Below are positions 1 through 10,409 of a DNA stretch of 64,000 nucleotides, one piece after another. Position 1 is the stretch's first letter. Each line of letters starts with the position of its first letter. The notes below the pieces were generated by a model. That model saw nothing but the letters and a program-made list of their open reading frames with translations. It was not told the origin of the DNA and searched no databases. This DNA is from Mobula hypostoma (taxonomy: Eukaryota): NCBI RefSeq assembly GCF_963921235.1, contig NC_086098.1:1302001-1366000 (forward strand). Direction: 5' to 3'. A program made the translations under genes and the position numbers.

Positions 1-612
1 GACCTATCTACAACCACTCTTCGCCTTCTGTGGGCAAGCCAGTTCTGGATCCACAAAACAATGTCCCCTTGGATCCTATGCCTTCTTACTTTCTCAATAA
101 GCCTTGCATGGGGTACCTTATCAAATGCCTTGCAACTACTATTCTACCTTCATCAATGTGTTTAGTCACATCCTCAAAAAATTCAATCAGGCTCCTAAGG
201 GATGACCTGCCTTTGACAAAGCCATGCTGACTATTTGTAATCATATTCTGCCTCTCCAAATATTCATAAATCCTGCCTCTCAGGATCTTCTCCATCAACT
301 TACCAACCACTGAATTAAAACTCTCTGGTCTATAATTTCCTGGGCTATCTCTACTCCCTTTCTTGAATAAGGGAACTACATCCGCAACCCTCCAGTCCTC
401 TGGAACCTCTCCCATCCCCATTGATGATGCAAGGGTCACCACCAGAGGCTCAGCAATCTCCTCCCTCATCTCCCACAGTAGCCTGGGGTACATCTCGTCC
501 GGTCCTGGTGATTTATCCAACTTGATGCTTTCCAAAAGCTCCAGCACATCCCTTTTCTTATTATCTACATGCTCTAGCTTTTCAGTCTGCTGAAAGTCAT
601 CCCTACAACCGA
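1..612 (-). mobile_element. CR1 LINE ORF2 fragment (RT N-terminal region), decayed
   Basis: ORF 86..619: [39 protein letters not shown] motifs. Confidence 0.9.
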
Positions 613-794
613 CCTGCACTGGGAGTATAGCTCTCCACGTACCTATCCGAACTTCTCTTAAATCTTGAAATCGAGCTTGATTGCACCACTTGCACCGGTA
701 GCTTGTCCCACACTCTCACAAACCTCCGAGTGGAGAAGATTCCCTCATGTTCCTCTTAAACTTTTCAGCTTGCAGCCTTAACCCATGACCCTAG
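613..794 (-). mobile_element. CR1 LINE 3'-end fragment
   Basis: Similar to the CR1 3' ends at 22630-22830 and 51920-52120. Confidence 0.7.
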
Positions 795-826
795 TTGATG
801 TTTCAGTCTGAGACCCTTCTTCAGGT
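795..826 (-). mobile_element. Penelope-like pLTR remnant (degenerate hammerhead core)
   Basis: Reverse complement CCTGAAGAAGGGTCTCAGACTGAAACATC matches the core at 4295-4332. Confidence 0.55.
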
Positions 827-1029
827 CAGAGAAACATTCAGAATGAAAAATTGGTCTAGCCTGAAATATATTTTTATGCCTATACATAAATATACAGTAC
901 ATTTCTACCTTCCTTGTGATACTGGATTGACCTGTGATAATATTTACTTGGAGCAACACCCTGAGCTTGACTTGAACAGGCTGATATGACTACACAATAG
1001 TTTGCGGACTGCAGGTTCATGTAAGTATT

Positions 1030-1228
1030 GTCTTTCCCCTATCACCTGGATCAACCTGTCACCTGCTGGCTCTTGCTTCACCCCTTCCACACACCCCAAC
1101 CACATTTCTATACTGATTATCAACCCTCATTCTTTTCCGTCTCAGTGCAGGGTCTTGACCCGAAACTTGTATTCTGCTGCACGGGTTCTGCCTGACCTAC
1201 TGTGTTCTTCCAGCATTTTGTGTGTTCC
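1030..1228 (+). mobile_element. Old Penelope-like pLTR remnant
   Basis: gcagggtcttgacccgaaac...ctgcctgacctactgtgttcttccagcattttgtgtgtt resembles the other PLE pLTR copies in the window. Confidence 0.55.
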
Positions 1229-1297
1229 ACAATCCTTGGTGACATCTTCACTGAATGCTCTGATATTGGAACCTGTGAGAGAGAAGCAATGACTTTG

Positions 1298-2755
1298 GTT
1301 GGAGGGTGGCTAATGTAACCCCGCTTTTTAAAAAAGGAGCGAGAGAGAAACCGGGGAATTATAGACCGGTTAGCCTAACATCGGTGGTGGGGAAAATGCT
1401 AGAGTCAGTTATCAAAGATGTGATAACAGTACATTTGGAAAGCGATGAAATCATCGGACAAAGTCAGCATGGATTTGTGAAAGGAAAATCATGTCTGACG
1501 AATCTCATAGAATTTTTTGAGGATGTAACTAGTAGAGTGGATAGGGGAGAACCAGTGGATGTGGTATATTTGGATTTTCAAAAGGCTTTTGACAAGGTCC
1601 TACACAGGAGATGAGTGTGCAAACTTAAAAGCAAACTGTATTGGGGGTAAGGTATTGATGTGGATAGAGAATTGGTTGGCAGACAGGAAGCAAAGAGTGG
1701 GAATAAACGGGACCTTTTCAGAATGGCAGGCAGTGACTAGTGGGGTACCGCAAGGCTCAGTGCTGGGACCCCAGTTGTTTACAATATATATTAATGACTT
1801 GGACAAGGGAATTAAATGCAGCATCTCCAAGTTTGTGGATGACACGAAGCTGGGCGGCAGTGTTAGCTGTAAGGAGGATGCTAAGAGGATGCAGGGTGAC
1901 TTAGGTAGGTTAGGTGAGTGGGCAAATTCATGGCAGATGCAATTTAATGTGGATAAATGTGAGGTTATCCACTTTGGTGGCAAGAACAGGAAAACAGATT
2001 ATTATCTGAATGGTGGCCGATTAGGAAAATGGGAGGTGCAACAAGACCTGGGTGTCATTGTACACCAGTCATTGAAAGTGGGCATGCAGGCAGTGAAAAA
2101 GGTGAATGGTATGCTGGCATTCATAGCAAGAGGATTCGAGTACAGGAGCAGGGAGGTACTACTGCAGTTGTGCAAAGCCTTGGTGAGACCACACCTAGAG
2201 GATTGTGTGCAGTTTTGGTCCCCTAATCTGAGGAAAGACATCCTTGCCATAGAGGGAGTACAAAGAAGGTTCACCAGATTGATTCCTGGGATGGCAGGAC
2301 TTTCATATGATGAAAGACTGGATCGACTGGGCTTATGCTCTCTGGAATTTAGAAGATTGAGGGGGGATCTTATTGAAACGCATAAAATTCTAAAGGGATT
2401 GGACAGGCTAGATGCAGGAAGATTGTTCCCGATGTTGGGGAAGTCCAGAACGGGGGTCACAGTTTGAGGATAAAGGGGAAGCCTTTTAGGACCGAGATTA
2501 GGAAAAACTATTTCACACAGAGGATGGTGAATCTGTGGAATTCTCTGCCACAGGAAACAGTTGAGGCCAGTTCATGGGCTATATTTAAGAGGGAGTTAGA
2601 TAAGGCCTTTGTGGCTAAAGGGATCAGGGGGTATGGAGAGAAGGCAGGTATAGGATTCTGAGTTGAATGATCAGCCATGATCGTACTGAATGGCGGTGCA
2701 GGCTCGAAGGGCCAAATGGCCTACTCCTGCTCCTATTTTCTATGTTTCTATGTTT
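1298..2755 (+). mobile_element. 5'-truncated CR1 LINE (RT, 3'UTR, (TTTCTATG)n tail)
   Basis: ORFs 1306..1614 and 1559..2467: [28 protein letters not shown]; octamer tail. Confidence 0.95.
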
Positions 2756-2787
2756 TTGTAAAGATATCAAAACAGCTTGTTTGACTA

Positions 2788-3080
2788 GGGGCATGGTGGC
2801 ATAGCAGTTAGCTTAATGATCTACGGTGCGAGCTGTAAGACTGGCGATCAATTCCCACCACTGTCAGTAAGGAGTGTGTACATTCTTCCTGTGACCACAC
2901 GGGTTTCCTCTGGGTGCTCTGCTTTCCTCCCAAATTTCAAAATCTGTTGGCACCAGAAGTACGGTGACATTTGCAGGCTGCCTCCAGCACATCCTCAGAC
3001 CATGTCAGTTGTTGATGCAAAAAATGCATTTCACTGTGTTTTGATGTAGGTATGACAAAATAATAAACTTTAATCTTTAT
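2788..3080 (+). mobile_element. tRNA-derived V-SINE-like element
   Basis: tRNA-like head (ggtggcatagcagttagc...gatcaattccc), V-domain-like gggtttcctctgggtgctctgctttcctccca, LINE-type aataaa tail. Confidence 0.7.
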
Positions 3081-3194
3081 CCTTGAGAACTTGTAACCTG
3101 AATCCTTAACAATGTTTTTTTGTAAAAAAGCATAAACATTCTGTTTGACTACTTGGGACTTCACCAAGCCTTATCTGGAATTTGTTTCAACACC

Positions 3195-3352
3195 CACACA
3201 TGCTAGAGGAACTCAGCATGTCAGGCAGCATCTATGGAGGGAGAATAAACTTCTGTTTATTCTTCTCCATAGATGCTAGCTGATTTGCTGAGTTCTTCCA
3301 GCATTTTGTGTGTGTTGCTCAAGATTTCCAACATCTGCAGAATCTCTTGTGC
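3195..3352. mobile_element. Palindromic non-autonomous Penelope-like element (old)
   Basis: Inverted arms (...ggcagcatctatggagggagaataaac / gtttattcttctccatagatgct...) centred near 3253, with an unpaired tail on the right. Confidence 0.7.
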
Positions 3353-3707
3353 TTTGAATCTTTTGAATGATAAGATGATGCTTCTATTTGCTTTCTTTTA
3401 ACATAAAGAATTAGTTGCCCACAGCAAACAGCTCTGCGTGTGTCCAGGCATATATTTGCAGCACCTGTTTATTCTTTAACTCAGTGTGTTGTGTGGCTGT
3501 TACTGTCACCCGGGGCTGCAGCTGTGCCCCACACCATTTAGATAATGATTTGAGTATAAAGCAAGTGACACAGAGCATCCAAAATCTGACACAAGGTGTG
3601 AGACTAAGTCTGAACACAAGGCTAAGATTTGCTCCCACCTAACCCTACCAGGTCAGAAAAAAAAAGCCATTTTGAAACATGGGGTACTGCAAAATCTGTT
3701 TTGAAAA

Positions 3708-4162
3708 TTTCTACAGATGTACCTTGGAGAGCACTCTAACTGGTTGGAGGGGCCACTGCACAGGATTGGTAAAAGCTGCAGAAAACTGTAAACTCACCAG
3801 CTCAATCATGGGCACTAGCCTCCACAGTATCAAGCACATCTTCAAAAGGTGATGCCTTAAAATGTGGCATCCATCATTAAGAACCCCCATCACCCAGGAC
3901 ATGACCTCTGCTCATTGCTACCATCAAGGAGGAAGTACAGGAGCTTGAAAACACAGACTCAACCTTTCAGAAACAGTTTATTCCCCTCCGCCATCAGATT
4001 TCTGAATGGACGGTGAACCAATGTACACTACCTCACCATTTCTTATTGTAATTTATAGTTTTTATTATAATGTAGTGCAATGTATTGCTGTTGCAAAACA
4101 ACAGATTTTGCAACATATACTAGTGATATCAAACCTGATCCTCATTCTGATTCAGATTCTGA
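3708..4162 (+). mobile_element. Rex1/Babar-type LINE 3' end
   Basis: FYRCT-ES-LTG-like coding remnant and (TTCTGA)n tail; homologous to 17600-18123. Confidence 0.8.
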
Positions 4163-4242
4163 ACTGAATTTGGGATGACTGCAAGCTCGATATCAGATCT
4201 ATCAACATCCCACTTTTGACTTGATTCAATCCAGATTGACAC

Positions 4243-4715
4243 TCACAACACGCTAGAGGAACTCGGCAGGTCGGGCAGCATCCGTGGAAACGATCAGTCG
4301 ACGTTTCAAGCCGGAACCCTTCATCAGGACTGTAGAGGGAAGGGGCAGAGGCCCTATAAAGAAGGTGGGGGGAGGGTGGGAAGGAGAAGGCTGGTAGGTT
4401 CCAGGTGAAAAACCAGTAAGGGGAAAGATAAAGGGGTGGGGGAGGGGAGGCGGGGAGGTAATAGGCAGGAAAGGTGAAGAAAGAATAGGGGCAAACACAA
4501 TGGATAGTAGAAGAAGGCAGAACCATGAGGGAGGTGGTAGGCAGCTGGGGGAGGGGGCAGAGTGACACAGGGATAGGGGAAGGGAGGGGGAGGGAATTAC
4601 CGGAAGTTGGAGAATTCTATGTTCATACCGAGGGGCTGGAGACTACCTAGACGGTATATGAGGTGTTGCTCCTCCAACCTGAGTTTAGCCTCATATACCG
4701 TCTAGGTAGTCTCCA
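4243..4715 (-). mobile_element. Penelope-like element 3' end (GIY-YIG endonuclease C-terminus, pLTR, 5' inverted segment)
   Basis: Minus frame ~4597-4689 reads AKLRLEEQHLIYRLGSLQPLGMNIEFSNFR*; 4689-4715 is an inverted copy of 4637-4663; hammerhead in the pLTR. Confidence 0.85.
4295..4332 (-). ncRNA. Minimal type I hammerhead ribozyme
   Basis: RNA CAGUC-CUGAUGA-AGGGUUCCGGCUU-GAAA-CG-UC-GACUG: both core boxes, helix I CAGUC/GACUG, short helix II, palindromic ACGU helix III, GUC cleavage triplet. Confidence 0.8.
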
Positions 4716-5805
4716 TCCATCTAGAGCTCTATCCATCTCTTTCTTGAAAGCATCCAGAGACTTGGCCTCCACAGCCTTCTGGGGCAGAGCATTCCATATA
4801 TCCACTACTCTCTGGGTGAAAAAGTTTTTCCTCAACTCCGTTCTAGATGGCCTACCCCTAATTCTTAAACTGTGGCCTCTGGTTCTGGACTCACCCATCA
4901 GCGGGAACATGCTTCCTGCCTGCAGCGTGTCCAATCCCTTAATAATCTTATATGTTTCAATAAGATCCCCTCTTAGCCTTCTAAATTCTGGAGTATACAA
5001 GCCCAGTCGCTCCAATCTTTCGACATATGACAGTCCCGCCATCCTGGGAATTAACCTTGTGAACCTACGCTACACCCCCTCAATAGCAAGAATGTCCTTC
5101 CTCAAATTTGGAGACCAAAACTGCACACAGTACTCCTGGTGTGGTCTCACCAGGGCCCTGTACAGCTGCAGAAGGACCTCTTTGCTCCTATACTCAATTC
5201 CCCTTGTTATGAAGGCCAGCATGCCATTAGCTTTTTTCACTGCCTGCTGTACTTGCATACTTGCTTTCAATGACTGATGTACAAGAACACCTAGATCTCA
5301 TTGTGCTTCCCCTTTTCCTAACTTGAGTCCATTTAGATAATAATCTGCCTTCCCGTTCTTACCACCAAAGTGGATAACCTGACATTTATCCACATTAAAC
5401 TGCATCTGCCATGCATCTACCCACTCACCCAGCCTGTCCAAGTCAGCCTGCATTCTCATAACATCCTCCTCACATTTCCCACTGCCTCTCAGCTTTGTGT
5501 CATCGGCAAATTTGCTAATGTTACTTTTAATTCCCTCATCTAAATCATTAATATATATTGTAAACAGCTGCGGTCCCAGCACTGAACCCTGCGGTACCCC
5601 ACTGGTCACCGCCTGCCATTCCGAAAGGGACCCGTTAATCGCTACTCTTTGTTTTCTGTCAGCCAGCCAATTTTCAATCCATGTCAGTACTCTGCCCCCA
5701 ATACCATGTGCCCTAATTTTGCCCACTAATCTCCTATGTGGGACTTTATCAAAGGCTTTCTGAAAGTCCAGGTACACTACATCCACTGGCTCTCCCTTGT
5801 CCATG
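4716..5805 (-). mobile_element. CR1 LINE RT fragment
   Basis: ORFs 5298..5936, 5070..5270, 4647..5042: [25 protein letters not shown]. Confidence 0.95.
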
Positions 5806-5809
5806 ACGT

Positions 5810-7430
5810 AGTAGACAAACCCTCCATGACTTCCTCCTTTACTGCAGCCGTGATACAATCCCTGATTAGCAATGTCACACCCCCACCTCTTCTGCCTCCC
5901 TCCTTGACTTTTTTGAAAATCTGAAGCCCAGCACACTCAGTAGCCATTCCTGCTCCTGAGACATCCAATTCTCTGTAATGGCCACAACATCATAGTTCCA
6001 TGTATTGATCCACGCTCTAAGTTCATCCAGCTTGTTTATCATACTCCTTGCATTACAATAGACACATCTGAAACCATATGGCTGAGTGAATCTTTGCTCT
6101 ATCATCTGCCTATCCTTCCACATAAACTCCCTACAAACTGTGTCTATTTGTGCACTAACCACCCACCTTCCGCCCCTTCATTTCGCTTCCCAGCCCCTTG
6201 AAAATCTACAAAGTTTGTAGTTTAAACCCTCCCAAACAGCATTACAAAACCTCCCCTCCAGGATATTGGTTGCCCTCCAGTTCAGGTGCAACTGGACCCC
6301 TTGTACAGGTCACCCTTTCCCCAGAAAAGGTTCCAATGATCCAAGAACTTGAAACCCTGCCCCCTGTACCATCTCCTCAGCCACTCATTCATCTGCGCTA
6401 TCTTCCTGTTCTGACCTTCACTAGCTTGTGGCACCAGGAGTAATCCTGAGATTACCAACTTGGAGGTCCTGCTCGTCAGCCTCCTTCCTAACTCCGTAAA
6501 CTTACTGCAGAAGATGTCTACCCTTCTCCTGCCTATGTCATTGGTACCAACACGTACTACAACCTCTGTCTGCTCATCTTCCACTTCAAGAATATTCTGC
6601 GACCACTCAGAGACATCCTGGACCTAGCACCAGGGAGGCAACTTTTGCTGCCGCAGAATCTCCTATCTGTCCCCCTAACCATCGAGTCCCCCATGACTAT
6701 TGCTCCGCCTGACTTCACCCTACCCTTCTGAGGTTCAGGGCTGAGCACAGTGCTATTAGTCTGGCTGCTGCTGCCTTGCCAAGTCACTCCCCCTCAGCAG
6801 TATCCACAGGGGTATACCTGTTGCTGAGGGGAATGGCCACAGGGACACCCTGTACTGACTTCTTTCTCCTGTTACCTCTCTCGGTGTTCACCCATCTACT
6901 CCCCAAATTCTGCACTCTGGGTGCAACCACGGGTTCAAGAGTTATATCTATCAATTGCTCTGCCTCCCAGATGATCCTTAGTTCATCCAAATTCAGCTCC
7001 AGCTCCTTAATACGGTCTTTCATGAGCTGGAGTTGGCTGTGCTTCCGGTGGGTGTAATCATCAGGGAGCCCATCAGGTTCCGTGAATTCCCACATCCTAC
7101 AGGAGGAGCATTCCACTGCCATATCTGCCATCCTGCCTGCACTGTACAATGGGCAACCAAGACCAAATCAGCAATAACAAAAGGGAAAACCTACCCTTGA
7201 TACCTGTTTCTTTGGCCTCAGCCTCTTCTGGTCGTAACCTCTTGAATCAAAGCCTCTAAGTTCACACTCTGACCCTAGCCCCCACTCTGATGTTGGCCAT
7301 TCTGCTGGATCCTCTCTCTCCTTTATGGTTTAAAAAAATAAGAAAAACCCCCATGCAAGGAGAAACAACTCACCGCATTTGGTGGTGTTCTGCCTGCCTT
7401 CCGTTCCCGCCGATGCCTCACTTGTCTTCC
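5810..7430 (-). mobile_element. CR1 LINE 5' part: 5'UTR, ORF1 (Zn finger/coiled coil, SGNH esterase), start of APE endonuclease
   Basis: ECSSCRMWE...LQLMKDRIKELE; IVMGDSMVRG; VGTNDIG; YCNARSMINKLDELRAW...VVAITENW. Confidence 0.9.
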
Positions 7431-7763
7431 CATGCTTAACAAAATGACTTGCCTAAATCCTAAATATTTGACTCCAATTGCTATAAATGAGCACAATAAA
7501 AGGGTATGGACCTTTCCTGGATGCCATGGGTCAGAGTGTTGATGTCTGAGGGCTTGTAATATAGTGTGCTCAGAGGAAGTTCACTGCCAGGACGTGTACA
7601 ACAAACTCAAAGCTGCACAGAAACTCTAAGTAAATTTATTATTGAAGTTCATATATATCACCATGTCCTACCCTGAGATCCACTTTCAGCCATTGGTTTA
7701 CTAGTTCGCATATATCACCACATCCTACCTTGACATTTGCTTTCAGCGGTTTATTATTGAGCA

Positions 7764-7910
7764 CAGTACTGTGCAAAAGTCTTAAGCACATATATATAGC
7801 TCGAGTGCCTAATATATAGCACATACATATAGCTAGTGTGCTTTAGGCTGGGGTAATTTAGGCACATATACATATATAGCTAGGGTGTCTAAGCCTTTTG
7901 CACAGTATTG
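7764..7910. mobile_element. Tc1/mariner-type MITE
   Basis: TIRs cagtactgtgcaaaagtcttaagcac / gtgtctaagccttttgcacagtattg; TA follows the right end. Confidence 0.7.
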
Positions 7911-8024
7911 TACATTGGTTAAAACAGGAAATTGAGTGGGAAACAGAAATAAGAGTACTTACTTTTGTATTAGCTCAGTAGTATTAAGTGTTATTTGATA
8001 ACCGGGAAGACAACTGGCTACAGA

Positions 8025-10407
8025 AGGGGCAGGACTGGCAGCTTAATGTTCCAGGGTTCCGATGTTTCAGATGTGATCGAGGCAGAGGAATGAAAGGTGG
8101 GGGGGTGGGGTAGCATTGCTTGTTAGGGAAAATGTTACAGCAGTGCTCAGGCAGGACAGATTAGAGGGCTTGTCTACTGAGTCCTTATGGGTGGAGCTGA
8201 GAAACAGGAAAGGTATGGCCACATTAGTGGGGCTGTATTATAGACCACCCAACAGTCAGCGAGAATTGGAGGAGCAAATCTGCAGAGAGATAGCAGGCAA
8301 CTGCAGGAAACATAAAGTTGTGGTGGTAGGGGATTTTAATTTTCCACATACTGATTGGGACTCCCATACTGTTAGGTGTCTAGATGGGTTAGAGTTTGTA
8401 AAATGTGTTCAGGAAAGTTTTCTAAATCAATATATAGAGGTACCAACTAGAGGGGATGTAACATTAGATCTCCTATTAGGAAACGAGTTAGGACAAGTGA
8501 CAGAAGTTGTGTAGAGGAGCACTTTGGTTCCAGTGATCATAACACCATTAGTTTCAACTTGATCATGGATAAAGATAGATCTGGTCCTAGGGTTGAGGTT
8601 CTAAACTGGAAGAAGGCCAAATTCGAAGAAATGAGAAAGGATCTAAAAAGCATGGATTGGGACAGGTTGTTCTCGGCAAGGATGTGATCGGTAAGTGGGA
8701 AGCCTTCAAAGGAGAAATTTTGAGAGTGCAGAGCTTGTATGTTCCTGTCAAGATTAAAGGCAAAGTGAATAGGAATAAGGAACCTTGGTTCTCAAGGGAT
8801 ATTGCAACTCTGATGAAGAAGAGAAAGTTGTATATGTATAGGAAACAGGGAGTAAATAAGGTGCTTGAGGAGTATAAAAAGTGCAAGAAAATACTTAAGA
8901 AGGAAAACAGGAGGGCTAAAAGAAGACATGAGGTTGCCTTGGCAGTCAAAGTGAAGGACAATCCAAAGAGCTTTTACAGGTATATTAAGAGTAAAAGGAT
9001 TGTAAGGGATAAAATTGGTCCTCTTGAAGATCAGAGTGGTCGGCTATGTGCGAAACCAAAAGAAATGGGGGCAATCTTAAATGGGTTTTTTGCGTCTGTA
9101 TTTACTAAGGAAATTGGCATGAAGTCTATGGAATTAAGGGAAACAAGTAGTGAGATCATGAAAACTGTACAGATTGAAAAGGAGGAGGTGCTTGCTATCT
9201 TGAGGCAAATTTAAGTGGATAAATCCCCAGGACCTGACAAGGTATTCTCTCGGACCTTGAAGGAGACCAGTGTTGAAATTGCAGGGGCCCTAGCAGATAT
9301 ATTTTAAATGTCGGTGTCTACGGGTGAGGTGCCAGAGGATTGGAGAATGGCTCATGTTGTTCCGTTGTTTAAAAAAGGATCGAAAAGTAATCCGGAAAAT
9401 TATAGTAAATTATAGGAAAAATCCGGTAAATTTGATGTCGGTAGTGGGTAAGTTATTGGAGGGAATACTAAGAGACAGAATCTACAAGAATTTGGATAGA
9501 CAGGGACTTATTAGGGAGAGTCAACATGGCTTTATGCGTGGTAGGTCATGTTTGACCAATCTATTGGAGTTTTTCGAGGAGGTTACCAGGAAAGTGGATG
9601 AAGGGAAGGCAGTGGATGTTGTCTACATGGACTTCAGTAAGGCCTTTGACAAGGTCCCGCATGGGAGGTTAGTTAGGAAAATTCAGTCGCTAGGTATACA
9701 TGGAGAGGTGGTAAATTGGATTAGACATTGGCTCAATGGAAGAGGCCAAAGAGTGATAGTAGAGGATTGCTTCTCAGAGTGGAGGCCTGTGACTAGTGGT
9801 GTGCCACAGGGATCATTGCTGGGTCCATTGTTATTTGTCATCTATATCAATGATCTGGATGATAATGTAGTAAATTGGATCAGCAAATTTGCTGATGATA
9901 CAAAGATTGGAGGTGTAGTGGACAGTGAGGAAGATTTTCAAAGCTTGCAGAGGGATTTGGACCAGCTGGAAAAATGGGCTGAAAAATGGCAGATGGAGTT
10001 TAATACAGACAAGTGTGAGGTATTGCACTTTGGAAGGACAAATCAAGGTAGAACATACAGGGTAAATGGTAAGGCACTGAGGAGTGCAGTAGAACAGAGG
10101 GATCTGGGAATACAGATACAAAATTACCTAAAAGTGGCGTCACAGGTAGATAGGGTCGTAAAGAGAGCTTTTGGTACATTGGCCTTTATTAATCAAAGTA
10201 TTGAGTATAAGAGCTGGAATGTTATGATGAGGTTGTATAAGGCATTGGTGAGGCGGAATCTGGAGTAATGTGTTCAGTTTTGGTCACCAAATTACAGGAA
10301 GGATATAAATAAGGTTGAAAGAGTGCAGAGAAGGTTTACAAGGATGTTGCCGGGACTTGAGAAACTCAGTTACAGAGAAAGGTTGAATAGGTTAGGACTT
10401 TATTCCC
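8025..10407 (+). mobile_element. CR1 LINE ORF2 (APE endonuclease and RT), disrupted, 3' end missing
   Basis: ORFs 8116..8514 (YYRPP, GDFNFP, LDLLL), 8657..9214, 9324..10268 (FADDTK). Confidence 0.95.
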
Positions 10408-10409
10408 GA

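Noticed and set aside
900..1020. Possible minus-strand exon (cag...aag/gt)
   Set aside because: Weak splice signals and no recognisable peptide
4152..4568. Proline-rich 138-aa ORF
   Set aside because: Comes from the low-complexity PLE 3'UTR
4663..5277. Long antisense ORFs over CR1 elements (also 1600..1983, 35419..36042, 53945..54577)
   Set aside because: Shadow frames of retroelement ORFs
7430..7600. Short unique stretch with an open minus frame
   Set aside because: No homology recognised and poor splice sites
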